Shown here: positions 17,228 through 25,174 of the stretch, piece after piece | Layout of the letters: the number at the start of each line of letters is the position of its first letter | How positions within the stretch are numbered: position 1 is the first letter of the stretch | DNA from: Oligoflexales bacterium | GTDB taxonomy: Bacteria > Bdellovibrionota_B > Oligoflexia > Oligoflexales > CAIYRB01 | Assembly: GCA_041736175.1 (NCBI GenBank) | Contig: JBGSUI010000155.1 | Location: 1-25,174, forward strand | Reading direction: 5' to 3' | Length of the DNA: 25,174 nt | The notes under the pieces: model-generated | What the model was told of the DNA's origin: nothing | The model's input: only the letters and a program-made list of their open reading frames with translations | Database searches by the model: none | Position numbers and translations under genes: made by a program

Positions 17228-17988
17228 CAAAAACATGGGATCTGATGCTCGCTCTTTCGGGATTTATCCTGGTTTTTTCGCTATCATTAAGAGTCGGTAA
17301 ACTACGGAAATCGATGTTTTCGCGCGACCTAAAGCAATGGGTGATCGATATCACGGGACTCTTTGTCCAAGGCTGGCTTGTACCGCTTGCCAAAATTTAC
17401 GGCCTTTATTTTATCTTTGATCTAAGTGTTAGCAGTCTTAAAGGCTCCATCGAAATCCCACCTTGGTGGGCTTTTGGCCTTGCGTTTGTTGTCGTCGACT
17501 ACCTTTACTACTGGAATCATCGGTTGCTTCATACCCCGCGCTTTTGGTCTCTCCATAAGATCCACCATTCGACGGAGCACCTTGATCTCTTAAGCAGCGC
17601 CCGAAATTCACTCATCACACCACTCTTTATCGTTTACATATGGATTCATAGTTTTATGGCGTTTGTCCTTAAGGATCCCACCTACTATGTCCTCGGTGCG
17701 ACCCTGACGGCGATCCTGGATCTGTGGCGCCATAGCCCCGGGCTTGAAATGAGATTTGTTTCAAAAGATTCCCTTGGAAAATTTTGGATCACTCCGTCAC
17801 TCCATGGCTGGCATCACAGTGTCTACGGGATGCAGAAAAATTTTGGTGCTAATTTTTCCCTATGGGACCGCCTCCACGGGACATTTGGGGAGCCTATCAC
17901 CCATAAGATCAAATACGGATGGGTTGACTCGACCCCCCTCTGGAGACAGCTTTTTTACCCTTGGCCTCGTAAAGCAGGAGATCAATAA
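17218..17988 (+). CDS. Sterol desaturase / fatty acid hydroxylase superfamily membrane diiron enzyme
   Basis: His boxes YWNHRLLH, HKIHH and HGWHH, plus NFG.NFSLWDRLHGT; multiple TM helices; TTG start overlapping the previous gene. Confidence 0.92.
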   Translation: MDLTKTWDLMLALSGFILVFSLSLRVGKLRKSMFSRDLKQWVIDITGLFVQGWLVPLAKIYGLYFIFDLSVSSLKGSIEIPPWWAFGLAFVVVDYLYYWNHRLLHTPRFWSLHKIHHSTEHLDLLSSARNSLITPLFIVYIWIHSFMAFVLKDPTYYVLGATLTAILDLWRHSPGLEMRFVSKDSLGKFWITPSLHGWHHSVYGMQKNFGANFSLWDRLHGTFGEPITHKIKYGWVDSTPLWRQLFYPWPRKAGDQ

Positions 17989-17990
17989 TC

Positions 17991-19019
17991 ATGTATCATT
18001 TCACCGAAACCAAATCTTTTAACCGCGGTCCACATTTTCTTGAGGGCTGGTACTGGGTCATGGGCTCAGCCGAACTAGCCGTAAAAAAGGCAAAGCCAGC
18101 CGATTTTCTCGGAAAAAACCTCGTAGTCTATCGAGGTGAAGATGGCGCCGTAAGAGCTCTCGATGCCTATTGTCCCCATATGGGAGCCCACCTCGCCGAG
18201 GGCAAGGTCGAGGGCAACGGCATACGTTGTCTCTTCCATGGGTGGAAATTTGGTGAAGATGGCCAGTGCCAAGAGATCCCCTGCCTCTCAAAGCTCATTC
18301 AAGTGGAATCCCTAGCTCGCTATCCCGTTCGGGAAGCTTACGGAATGATTTGGCTATGGGTTGGTGCCGGAGCGCCCGGGGAATTCCCGGAAGTTCCAGA
18401 GTACCAAGGACAGCCCGTGGACTTTATGTTAGGCAATCGTTTTGTAAAGGACTGCCATCCTAACGTTGTGATGATCAATGCCATCGACGCTCAGCATTTT
18501 AATACGGTCCATCCCGCCGTCAAAAAGTTAGCGGGGGGGCTAAACCTTGAAACAGTTGCCCTCAACGAGTACTCGATTCAGTTTAAAAACTCGAGCCCGA
18601 TCCAAAAAAATGGCGGTCTCCTCAACCGGCTGCTCCAGCCTTTTTATGCAGGAGCACTCACCTACAATCTCTGCTACTGGTTTGGCAGCACTGGCACCGT
18701 GAGTATCGGCCCTGATTTTTTGCACTTTCATATCATGTTTAGTTTGCGACCCACTGCCGACGGCAAGGCAGAGGGCCAGACCATTCTGATCACTAAAAAG
18801 CGCAGTGGAATTTTTGGCAAGATTTTTAATAAAGTCATCCTTTTCGCCACCAATATTGTGGGTCAGTACTTTGCAAAGGGTGACACCCAAATTTTTAAGA
18901 CGATTCGCTTTGCCCTAAAAACCCCCATCGCGGAAGACACTCCAATCATCCGCTTTATCAAACACGCAGAAAAGCAAAAGCTAGCTCTCTGGGGCTTTTC
19001 AGATCCAGGAAAGGTGTGA
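17991..19019 (+). CDS. Rieske non-heme iron oxygenase alpha subunit (2)
   Basis: AYCPHMGAHL...CLFHGW and INAIDAQHFNTVH; AGGAG SD. Confidence 0.93.
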   Translation: MYHFTETKSFNRGPHFLEGWYWVMGSAELAVKKAKPADFLGKNLVVYRGEDGAVRALDAYCPHMGAHLAEGKVEGNGIRCLFHGWKFGEDGQCQEIPCLSKLIQVESLARYPVREAYGMIWLWVGAGAPGEFPEVPEYQGQPVDFMLGNRFVKDCHPNVVMINAIDAQHFNTVHPAVKKLAGGLNLETVALNEYSIQFKNSSPIQKNGGLLNRLLQPFYAGALTYNLCYWFGSTGTVSIGPDFLHFHIMFSLRPTADGKAEGQTILITKKRSGIFGKIFNKVILFATNIVGQYFAKGDTQIFKTIRFALKTPIAEDTPIIRFIKHAEKQKLALWGFSDPGKV

Positions 19020-19804
19020 CTCTTATGAGAACTTCGTTGCTCCAAGACAGCCCAAACAACAGCCCCAAAACAAGTGTGGTGCCAGCCTCATCTCTTTCCA
19101 AAAGCGATGTCGATGGGATGTTTGCACTGATGCAAAGTTACTATGAACACACGGACTACGCTGAGTTTATCCGTGACCTAGGGCAGAAAGATGATGTGAT
19201 TGTCCTTCGGGCAGGGTCTCATGGGAGTCTGGTCGGATTTTCGACACTCAAATACTTCGATCTGCCCGCAAAAAATAACGGCAAAGCCCTTGGTGTCTTT
19301 AGTGGGGATACCATCGTCCACCAAAAGTACTGGGGATCCACGTCCCTCCAAAAGGCTTTTCTCGTACAGCTCTGTCGCTTAAAGCTTAAGCACTCCGGCT
19401 CACAACTTTATTGGTTTTTGATTAGTAAAGGCTACAAGACTTATCTTTTAATGGCCAATAATTTTCCGGTCCATTATCCCCGCTACGAACAAGAAACACC
19501 TCCGGAATTTCAGTCCATGATGGACCATGTATACGGCGAGCTTTATCCCGATACCTACGAACCTCGATCTGACTTGATCCACAATGAGGGGCATTCTTAT
19601 CGGCTGAAAACGGGAGTAGCCTATCCGTCACAAAGCCTTGTGGAAGCTTTTCCTAGGGTTCGGTATTTTGTCGAAAAAAATCCCAACTGGCACCTGGGCA
19701 GCGAACTCACCTGTATTGCCGAAATGAATTATCTGGTTTTGGCCCGTTACCTGACCAAAGCCCTTAAAAAATCCATCGGTCTAGGCAGCAAAAGCCGCAT
19801 CTAG
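19016..19804 (+). CDS. Hypothetical protein with probable GNAT-like fold
   Basis: LVGFST...FSGDTIVHQKYWG...YWFLISKGYKTY; V.xxxx.G spacing resembles the acyl-CoA binding motif. GTGA coupling; ATG 19025 is an alternative start. Confidence 0.6.
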   Translation: MTLMRTSLLQDSPNNSPKTSVVPASSLSKSDVDGMFALMQSYYEHTDYAEFIRDLGQKDDVIVLRAGSHGSLVGFSTLKYFDLPAKNNGKALGVFSGDTIVHQKYWGSTSLQKAFLVQLCRLKLKHSGSQLYWFLISKGYKTYLLMANNFPVHYPRYEQETPPEFQSMMDHVYGELYPDTYEPRSDLIHNEGHSYRLKTGVAYPSQSLVEAFPRVRYFVEKNPNWHLGSELTCIAEMNYLVLARYLTKALKKSIGLGSKSRI

Positions 19805-19836
19805 CCTAAACAATGTCCTTTTGGGAGGATTTATCT

Positions 19837-20757
19837 ATGACAAAGTATATTGCGATCACCGGCTGCTCTTCGGGTTTTGGCTTGAAACTGGTGGGTCTTT
19901 TTTTAAAGGATGGTTGGCATGTGATCGCCGGGCTGCGGTCAGCCAAAGAGAGGTCAGGACTTTTCACAGCAGAACAAGCCGCCCATCCGGGACAATTGAG
20001 CTTGGTTGACTGTGATCTTTTAGAGGGTCGTTCCATAGCCCATTTTTGTCAGGAGGTGAAACGCCTCACCGGAGGCGATCTCCACGCCCTCGTCAACAAT
20101 GCAGGGATCGGACAGTTTGGTCCTGCTGAGCTTACAGACTCATCACTCCTGCGCGAGACCATGGAGACCAATTTTTTTGGCACGGTTGCGATCACCCGCG
20201 AGCTTTTGCCCCTGCTTCGAAAAACCAAGGGCCGGATTATAGTTGTCTCTTCGATTATGGGTGTCTGTGGGTTTCCTTTAAGTTCTACTTATTGTGCCTC
20301 TAAGTTCGCCCTGGAAGGATATTTTGAATCCCTTTACTACGAACTCAGAGACTTCGGCGTTAAGGTTTGCCTCGTGGAGCCCGGTGGACATAGGACTGAT
20401 TTTCTCAAGAACGCGCGGACTAAAAACTCCGGCGATCCGCAAACCGGTAGCAAGTCCCCCTACGCCAGCATGGTCAAAGGGTATCGGGAGATGCAACGCC
20501 GTATTGAGACCCGCAAGCCAACCCCCGCTGATCATGTGGTCGACCGGATCGTGTTCCTGGTAAAAAACCCCAATCCTCCTTTGAGAAGCTACTGCGGTAA
20601 GGACGCCCAGATCATGAGGGTGGTGCATAAACTGGTGCCACGAAACCTGCTGGTTGGGACCCTGCGTTTCCTCTATGGCAACATGCTCGCTAAGTTTGGC
20701 TCCCAAACCAGTTCTGCTACGAACACGGTCACTGGCCCGGGAGGAGATTTCCAATGA
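19837..20757 (+). CDS. SDR family NAD(P)-dependent oxidoreductase
   Basis: ITGCSSGFG, NNAG, catalytic Ser and YCASK, VEPG. GGGAGG SD before ATG 19837. Confidence 0.95.
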   Translation: MTKYIAITGCSSGFGLKLVGLFLKDGWHVIAGLRSAKERSGLFTAEQAAHPGQLSLVDCDLLEGRSIAHFCQEVKRLTGGDLHALVNNAGIGQFGPAELTDSSLLRETMETNFFGTVAITRELLPLLRKTKGRIIVVSSIMGVCGFPLSSTYCASKFALEGYFESLYYELRDFGVKVCLVEPGGHRTDFLKNARTKNSGDPQTGSKSPYASMVKGYREMQRRIETRKPTPADHVVDRIVFLVKNPNPPLRSYCGKDAQIMRVVHKLVPRNLLVGTLRFLYGNMLAKFGSQTSSATNTVTGPGGDFQ

Positions 20758-21731
20758 AAGTTTTAGGACATATCGCATTCGAAAATCGACTTGACTCAAC
20801 CGAGGTGTTTACCAATCCGGAGCTCGCACCTTTTCTGCGGGGAGCTTTAAAAAAATTTCCGATTGTGCCAGGGAACGTGACCGGGAACGGGGCTGGTTCA
20901 CAAGCTGGCTCCCATCAGGAACCATTCAAAACTTACTGGGAACCAGAGTTTTTTGGTTTACCTTCACTCAGCCTTTACCAAAAGTTAAGTCCTGGGGACC
21001 AGCAAAAGGTTCTTTGGCATTGTAACCGCCTTGCTCTCGAAGAGGCTTTTTATATTGAGAAAAGCGGGATGACCTATGCGGCAAAAATGGCACTTTTAGC
21101 CGATAGCAATGATAAAAGGGCCCTTTATAGCCTCTTTTGTGCCGATGAAGCCAGCCACTTCCATGCGATAAACTCCTTTATGCTGCAAACTCCTGGGCCC
21201 TACACCCAGCAGAAGTTTTTGGTGATGCTTGATCACCTGATCCATGAGGGAAGCTTCAACGTTTTAGTCTACATGATTCAGATTATTCTAGAGGGCTGGG
21301 GGCTTCAGCACTATCGCAGTCTTGCCGCCGGTTGTCGTGATGCATCGCTCACTGAGGTGTTACGAGCGATCATCCATGACGAGGCCAAACACCATGGGAG
21401 CGGACTCGTTATCCTGCCCCAAGGCGTCTGGACCGAACGGGACTCGGCGATCTGTCTGCCTATCTTGGCTGACTTTATAGACCTCGTTAGGGTTGGGCCG
21501 ACAAGTCGGCTCCTTGCAGTAGAAAGCGTCCTGGGTCCACTCAGCCTAGGGGAGAAAAAATCCCTGTTTAACGACCTAAAAAGTCCGCAAGTCATTTCGG
21601 AAAGCTTGGCTTTTATCCGCAATTTTGTCGTACAGCATGGACCAAACAACAAAATGATCGAAACTTTGTTGGCAAAGCCCGTGTGGAACCCCCTTTCGGC
21701 CCATGAGTTTGCAGTTTCTGATTTTTTTTAG
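20754..21731 (+). CDS. Ferritin-like class II diiron protein
   Basis: IEKSG...DEASH...LEGWG...DEAKH gives the E/ExxH/E/ExxH set. GGAGGAG SD, ATGA coupling. Confidence 0.85.
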   Translation: MKVLGHIAFENRLDSTEVFTNPELAPFLRGALKKFPIVPGNVTGNGAGSQAGSHQEPFKTYWEPEFFGLPSLSLYQKLSPGDQQKVLWHCNRLALEEAFYIEKSGMTYAAKMALLADSNDKRALYSLFCADEASHFHAINSFMLQTPGPYTQQKFLVMLDHLIHEGSFNVLVYMIQIILEGWGLQHYRSLAAGCRDASLTEVLRAIIHDEAKHHGSGLVILPQGVWTERDSAICLPILADFIDLVRVGPTSRLLAVESVLGPLSLGEKKSLFNDLKSPQVISESLAFIRNFVVQHGPNNKMIETLLAKPVWNPLSAHEFAVSDFF

Positions 21732-21756
21732 AGGACCTTAAAAGGCATAACCCTGA

Positions 21757-23364
21757 ATGTTGATCTCGCGGTTATTAAAATTTTACCTCACTCCTAAAAG
21801 GACAGCGTTTTTAAAAGCGCTCGATAATCCTCTTGGGTCCCAAGACGATTGTTTAAGGTCCATCTTAAAAAAGATGGCGACGACCTCCTATGGAAAGAGT
21901 CTTGGCGTGACCGGTCGAGAATCCTACTCGGATTTTTGCCGTAAGGTTCCCATCGTGACCTATGAGGATGTCATGCCGTTGATCGAGCGGCAACGGGCCT
22001 CAGGTCAAGGGAACCTGATCAGTCCCGGCGCAGTCCTATACTATGAGCAGACTTCGGGTAGCAGCGGCACGAAAAAGATGATCCCCTATAATCGTAGGAT
22101 GCTGGGCAGTTTTACGGCTCTTGTTAAGATATGGGCTGCGGATATTCTCACCGAGCTCGGAGACCTAAAAACCGGTAAGTTTTATTTTTCGGTCACCCCG
22201 ATCCCGGAGACGATTTCCCCGCATGACTCTCAGGGTCCCCAGGGACTCGCGGACGATGCCAGCTACGTCCAAGGGCTTATGCAGCGGGTTTTTCGCACCT
22301 ACGCTGCGGTCCCCTCGTCGATCAAGTCTATCCAAAAGAGTCAGGACTTTTTTCTAGCTTTATCTTGTTACCTGGTTATTGCCGAAGACTTAGAAATCAT
22401 CTCCATTTGGAATCCCAGCTTTTTACTGGAATTGCTTCGCTTTATGGATGAAAACTGGGCGATGATTTTGGCTATAGTCGATCGGGGTAGTCATACTGTT
22501 GACGACCAAGTTTACCGCTGGAAAAAGCCTCATCCAGCGCGGATGTTGCTCCTCGGTGACAAGCCGGAATGGAGTCGGGTATGGCCCATGTTAAGACTGA
22601 TTTCCTGCTGGGATGCAGCACATGCCGGGATGTCAGCAGCGAGACTTCGAAACCTGTTTCCCCACGTGCTGGTGCAAGGCAAGGGACTCCTGGCAACTGA
22701 GACTCCTTTAACGGTCCCTATGATGGGGCTTCGGGGCTATTTTCCTCTGGTTTCTGAAGTGTTTTTTGAGTTTATGGACCAGGAAGGCAAGATCTATCGC
22801 CTCCATGAACTTGAACCGGATAAAACCTATGAAGTTCTGATCACCCAGCACTCAGGGCTCCTGCGTTACCGGCTTGGAGATTTGGTCCGGGCGCAGAAGA
22901 GTCCCAAAAAGACCGTGTCACTTACTTTTGTGGAACGGTCTGGTCAGATCTGTGACCTTATGGGTGAAAAGTTAAATCAGACGGCGCTTTGGAAAGCCTT
23001 AGAAAAAGCCGGAGCAGACTTAAACCAATTTTGGCTGGTTCTCCCAGAGATGACCCCCGAAGGCCGTGGCCGCTATACCGTCGTAACCGATCAGCAAGAC
23101 GGGCCCGATATCGATGAGATCGAAAGCCAGGTGACAGGGCTTCACCATTATGGGCTTGCACGAAAACTCCGCCAATTGGAAAAGATGCGGATCCTACGTC
23201 TGCATGATGCGACGGATGTTTATCACCGAATTCTCTCGCAGAGAGGAATCAAACTAGGTGATCGAAAAAGCTCGTTGCTGGTCCGAGACCTAGCCCTGGC
23301 AGCTTGTTTCCTGAGTGCCTTTTTTGAAGCTAGCCGCCAGCATATCAAAGAAATCAAGATTTAA
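21757..23364 (+). CDS. GH3 family acyl-acid amido synthetase (adenylate-forming)
   Basis: VPIVTYED, TSGSSGTKKMIP (P-loop), KGLLATE, FFEF, GLLRYRLGD, DLMGEKL. Confidence 0.92.
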   Translation: MLISRLLKFYLTPKRTAFLKALDNPLGSQDDCLRSILKKMATTSYGKSLGVTGRESYSDFCRKVPIVTYEDVMPLIERQRASGQGNLISPGAVLYYEQTSGSSGTKKMIPYNRRMLGSFTALVKIWAADILTELGDLKTGKFYFSVTPIPETISPHDSQGPQGLADDASYVQGLMQRVFRTYAAVPSSIKSIQKSQDFFLALSCYLVIAEDLEIISIWNPSFLLELLRFMDENWAMILAIVDRGSHTVDDQVYRWKKPHPARMLLLGDKPEWSRVWPMLRLISCWDAAHAGMSAARLRNLFPHVLVQGKGLLATETPLTVPMMGLRGYFPLVSEVFFEFMDQEGKIYRLHELEPDKTYEVLITQHSGLLRYRLGDLVRAQKSPKKTVSLTFVERSGQICDLMGEKLNQTALWKALEKAGADLNQFWLVLPEMTPEGRGRYTVVTDQQDGPDIDEIESQVTGLHHYGLARKLRQLEKMRILRLHDATDVYHRILSQRGIKLGDRKSSLLVRDLALAACFLSAFFEASRQHIKEIKI

Positions 23365-23379
23365 ACTGTGAGGTATCAA

Positions 23380-24492
23380 ATGTCCGACCAAAAGATCACT
23401 CCAAAACCGACAAGTACTACTTATGAACTCAATCAGACAACCCAAAAAATGGCACCACAGCCGATTTTTGGTAACTGGAATGTAATTGCAAAAGCCTGGT
23501 ATTTTGTGGCCCCCAGCGAATCGATTGGTGTGGGCCAGGTTCAAAGTTTTTCAATCCATGGACAGAGGCTGGTGGTGTTTAGAGGTCAGGATCAGAAGAT
23601 CCGTATCCTCGACGCCTTTTGCCCTCATATGGGCGCAGATCTTTCCATCGGCAAGGTGAGCGGCAATCAGATCCAGTGTTTTTTTCACCACTGGAAGTTT
23701 GATGGCGAAGGTCAGTGCATGGATATACCCTGCAGCCCCAAAAATCAGGAATTTAAGCAAAAAGCAAAGACTCAGTCCTACGCTGTCGTGGAAAAATATA
23801 AATCCATTTGGGTATGGCCCGATCGTCATGCGGACAACGATCTTCCCGATTTCCCTCTTCCGATGGGTGAAGATCCCGTCGTTTGGTTTGGTAAACCCAT
23901 CTTCAGGACCTGCCATCATCATGTGAATATGATCAATGGACTTGATCCCCAGCACCTCAAGACCGTCCACAATATCTCCATCGAGATGGATGTGTCTTCC
24001 CAGATGTCGGGAGATGGACAGATTGTAGATTTTACCCTAAGAGGTCAATTTCCTCAGACTCGCCTAGGTAAAATAGCTAGATATTTGTTTGGACCTGAGT
24101 ACTCCTATGGCATGCGCTATATCAACGCCTCGATAGGTCTGCTGACGACCATGCGTGGGCTTAAGTTTAGAGGCAAGGGATTCTCTTGGCCAGATTCTAA
24201 TATGATTTTTGCCTATCTTCCAGTCCAGGAGGGAGTGACCAAGGTGCAGCCTATGTTTATCAGTCGCAAAAGATCTGGTGTCTTAGGTTGGCTTATCACC
24301 CGTGGGATGCTTTTGGCAGCCTACATGGGCTTCCAATTGTTGACCGATGAAGATGGTGCCATCTATGAGACGATTCGCTTTTCGCCTCGCAATCTCTTGC
24401 CCATCGATCACCCTGTTTTAAAGTACGTGAACTATGTCAATAAGCTAAAGCCGTCCCTATGGTCAAAAAAAGTGGACACCAACCTAGTCTGA
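23380..24492 (+). CDS. Rieske non-heme iron oxygenase alpha subunit (3)
   Basis: AFCPHMGADL...CFFHHW, INGLDPQHLKTVH, LTDED. GAGGT SD before ATG 23380. Confidence 0.93.
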   Translation: MSDQKITPKPTSTTYELNQTTQKMAPQPIFGNWNVIAKAWYFVAPSESIGVGQVQSFSIHGQRLVVFRGQDQKIRILDAFCPHMGADLSIGKVSGNQIQCFFHHWKFDGEGQCMDIPCSPKNQEFKQKAKTQSYAVVEKYKSIWVWPDRHADNDLPDFPLPMGEDPVVWFGKPIFRTCHHHVNMINGLDPQHLKTVHNISIEMDVSSQMSGDGQIVDFTLRGQFPQTRLGKIARYLFGPEYSYGMRYINASIGLLTTMRGLKFRGKGFSWPDSNMIFAYLPVQEGVTKVQPMFISRKRSGVLGWLITRGMLLAAYMGFQLLTDEDGAIYETIRFSPRNLLPIDHPVLKYVNYVNKLKPSLWSKKVDTNLV

Positions 24493-24531
24493 GCGTCTAG
24501 GGAGTGATCTGTTTTTTTCTGAGGAATGTTT

Positions 24532-24648
24532 ATGCATCGAAAGACTCTATGGACTTGTGGGATCATTACGGTCTTTGTGCTGTTTCTCGGACTGCTCTTG
24601 ACCTTGGGGATAAATCTCTATCCTATGACCCAGAGCCGCTTTCTATAA
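24532..24648 (+). CDS. Putative 38-aa single-pass membrane peptide
   Basis: GAGGA SD (24521-24525), ATG 24532. Translates as MHRKTLWTCGIITVFVLFLGLLLTLGINLYPMTQSRFL*: basic N-terminus followed by a roughly 20-aa hydrophobic stretch. Confidence 0.55.
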   Translation: MHRKTLWTCGIITVFVLFLGLLLTLGINLYPMTQSRFL

Positions 24649-24667
24649 TCGTACCAAATCTGTGCAT

Positions 24668-25031
24668 TCACAAACTTAGCCCGCAACTTCGAAGCGTAGC
24701 CCCCCCATTGGCAGGAGCGAGTTCCTCTTTCAGGCAAAGACCAAACGGGGGTACCGCTCGGTCTAAGTGGCTTAAAAGAGCATCTTTCATTAATATTCTT
24801 GGATTGGCCAACTTCCAAAGTGGCATCTGATCCCATCCTCCGTGAGCTTTCTCTCCATTTCTACAATCCTTGGCCAACTCTAGCTTGACGAGGTTTGCCG
24901 CTGAATTGATATCCGCATGCAGGAGATGTTTACTCGGACCATCCTTATAAAGGCCCCGCTTCACTCGTTTTCCTTGGAAAACATCAGATCGGACGGTGGC
25001 GTCGTATCTTACTTCCCCTTTGAGTACCTCC
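24668..25031 (-). pseudogene. tnpB: 3' remnant of an IS200/IS605-family TnpB (RuvC-III region)
   Basis: Extending ORF 24668..24964 upstream gives ...SDVFQGKRVKRGLYKDGPSKHLLHADINSAANL, matching the TnpB G.R.KRGLY...NADxNxAxNI motif. The N-terminal part is absent and the sequence runs into an IS21-like end. Confidence 0.8.
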
Positions 25032-25174
25032 TGGCTACGTCGCTTGACTAATTTGACCCACCTAGGCTCAAGTAAATTGACCCACCCATTTTTTGTAACT
25101 TCTCAAAAACCAACGCAGGTAACATGCTCAGCCCAGGCCCCCGGACCGTGGTTTCTTTGAGCAACATAAATGGT
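25032..25174. mobile_element. Terminus of a probable IS21-family insertion sequence, continuing beyond the window
   Basis: TG at 25032 followed by two tandem 20-bp repeats at a 24-bp period (CTTGACTAATTTGACCCACC 25043-25062; CTCAAGTAAATTGACCCACC 25067-25086), resembling IS21 transposase-binding repeats. No istA/istB is visible. Confidence 0.65.

Noticed and set aside
16190..24492. Operon as an aromatic or steroid catabolic pathway
   Set aside because: No ring-cleavage dioxygenase, beta subunit, reductase, uptake system or local regulator, while GH3 and the CylC-like enzyme point to biosynthesis. Not formally excluded.
24504..24830. 108-aa plus-strand ORF
   Set aside because: Spans the better-supported 38-aa ORF in another frame and the antisense of the tnpB remnant; no protein-like features.
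25043..25086. Tandem repeats as a CRISPR array
   Set aside because: Only two copies with a 4-nt gap; this fits IS21-type ends, not repeat-spacer structure.

Overview
Bacterial chromosomal segment. The host is inferred to be Bdellovibrionota/Oligoflexia-like or another former deltaproteobacterium, from a PilG/H/I-like ABC module, LpoB with a COG3014 partner, and sigma54 promoters on lipoprotein genes. Left half (1-10.9 kb) is mostly envelope and housekeeping genes: a 5'-incomplete YfaP/DUF2135 protein, an orphan lipoprotein, an HNH nuclease, the pilGHI-like ABC genes, yggT, yggS, lpoB, a COG3014 protein and a GH5 lipoprotein. Right half (11-24.7 kb) is the main point of interest. It holds a tightly coupled 10-gene orphan biosynthetic operon with no PKS, NRPS or ACP. 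The operon encodes a CylC/AurF-like dimetal-carboxylate enzyme (probable halogenase), a 2Fe-2S ferredoxin, three Rieske oxygenases, a membrane desaturase/hydroxylase, a GNAT-like protein, an SDR, a second diiron protein and a GH3 acyl-amido synthetase, followed by an unlisted 38-aa membrane peptide ORF. A divergent AsnB amidotransferase is fused to an Mpo1/DUF962-like membrane domain, and an AT-rich DUF1778/GNAT toxin-antitoxin pair lies between it and the operon. The window ends in a tnpB 3' remnant interrupted by an IS21-like end. All family calls come from motifs recognised by eye; no searches were run.
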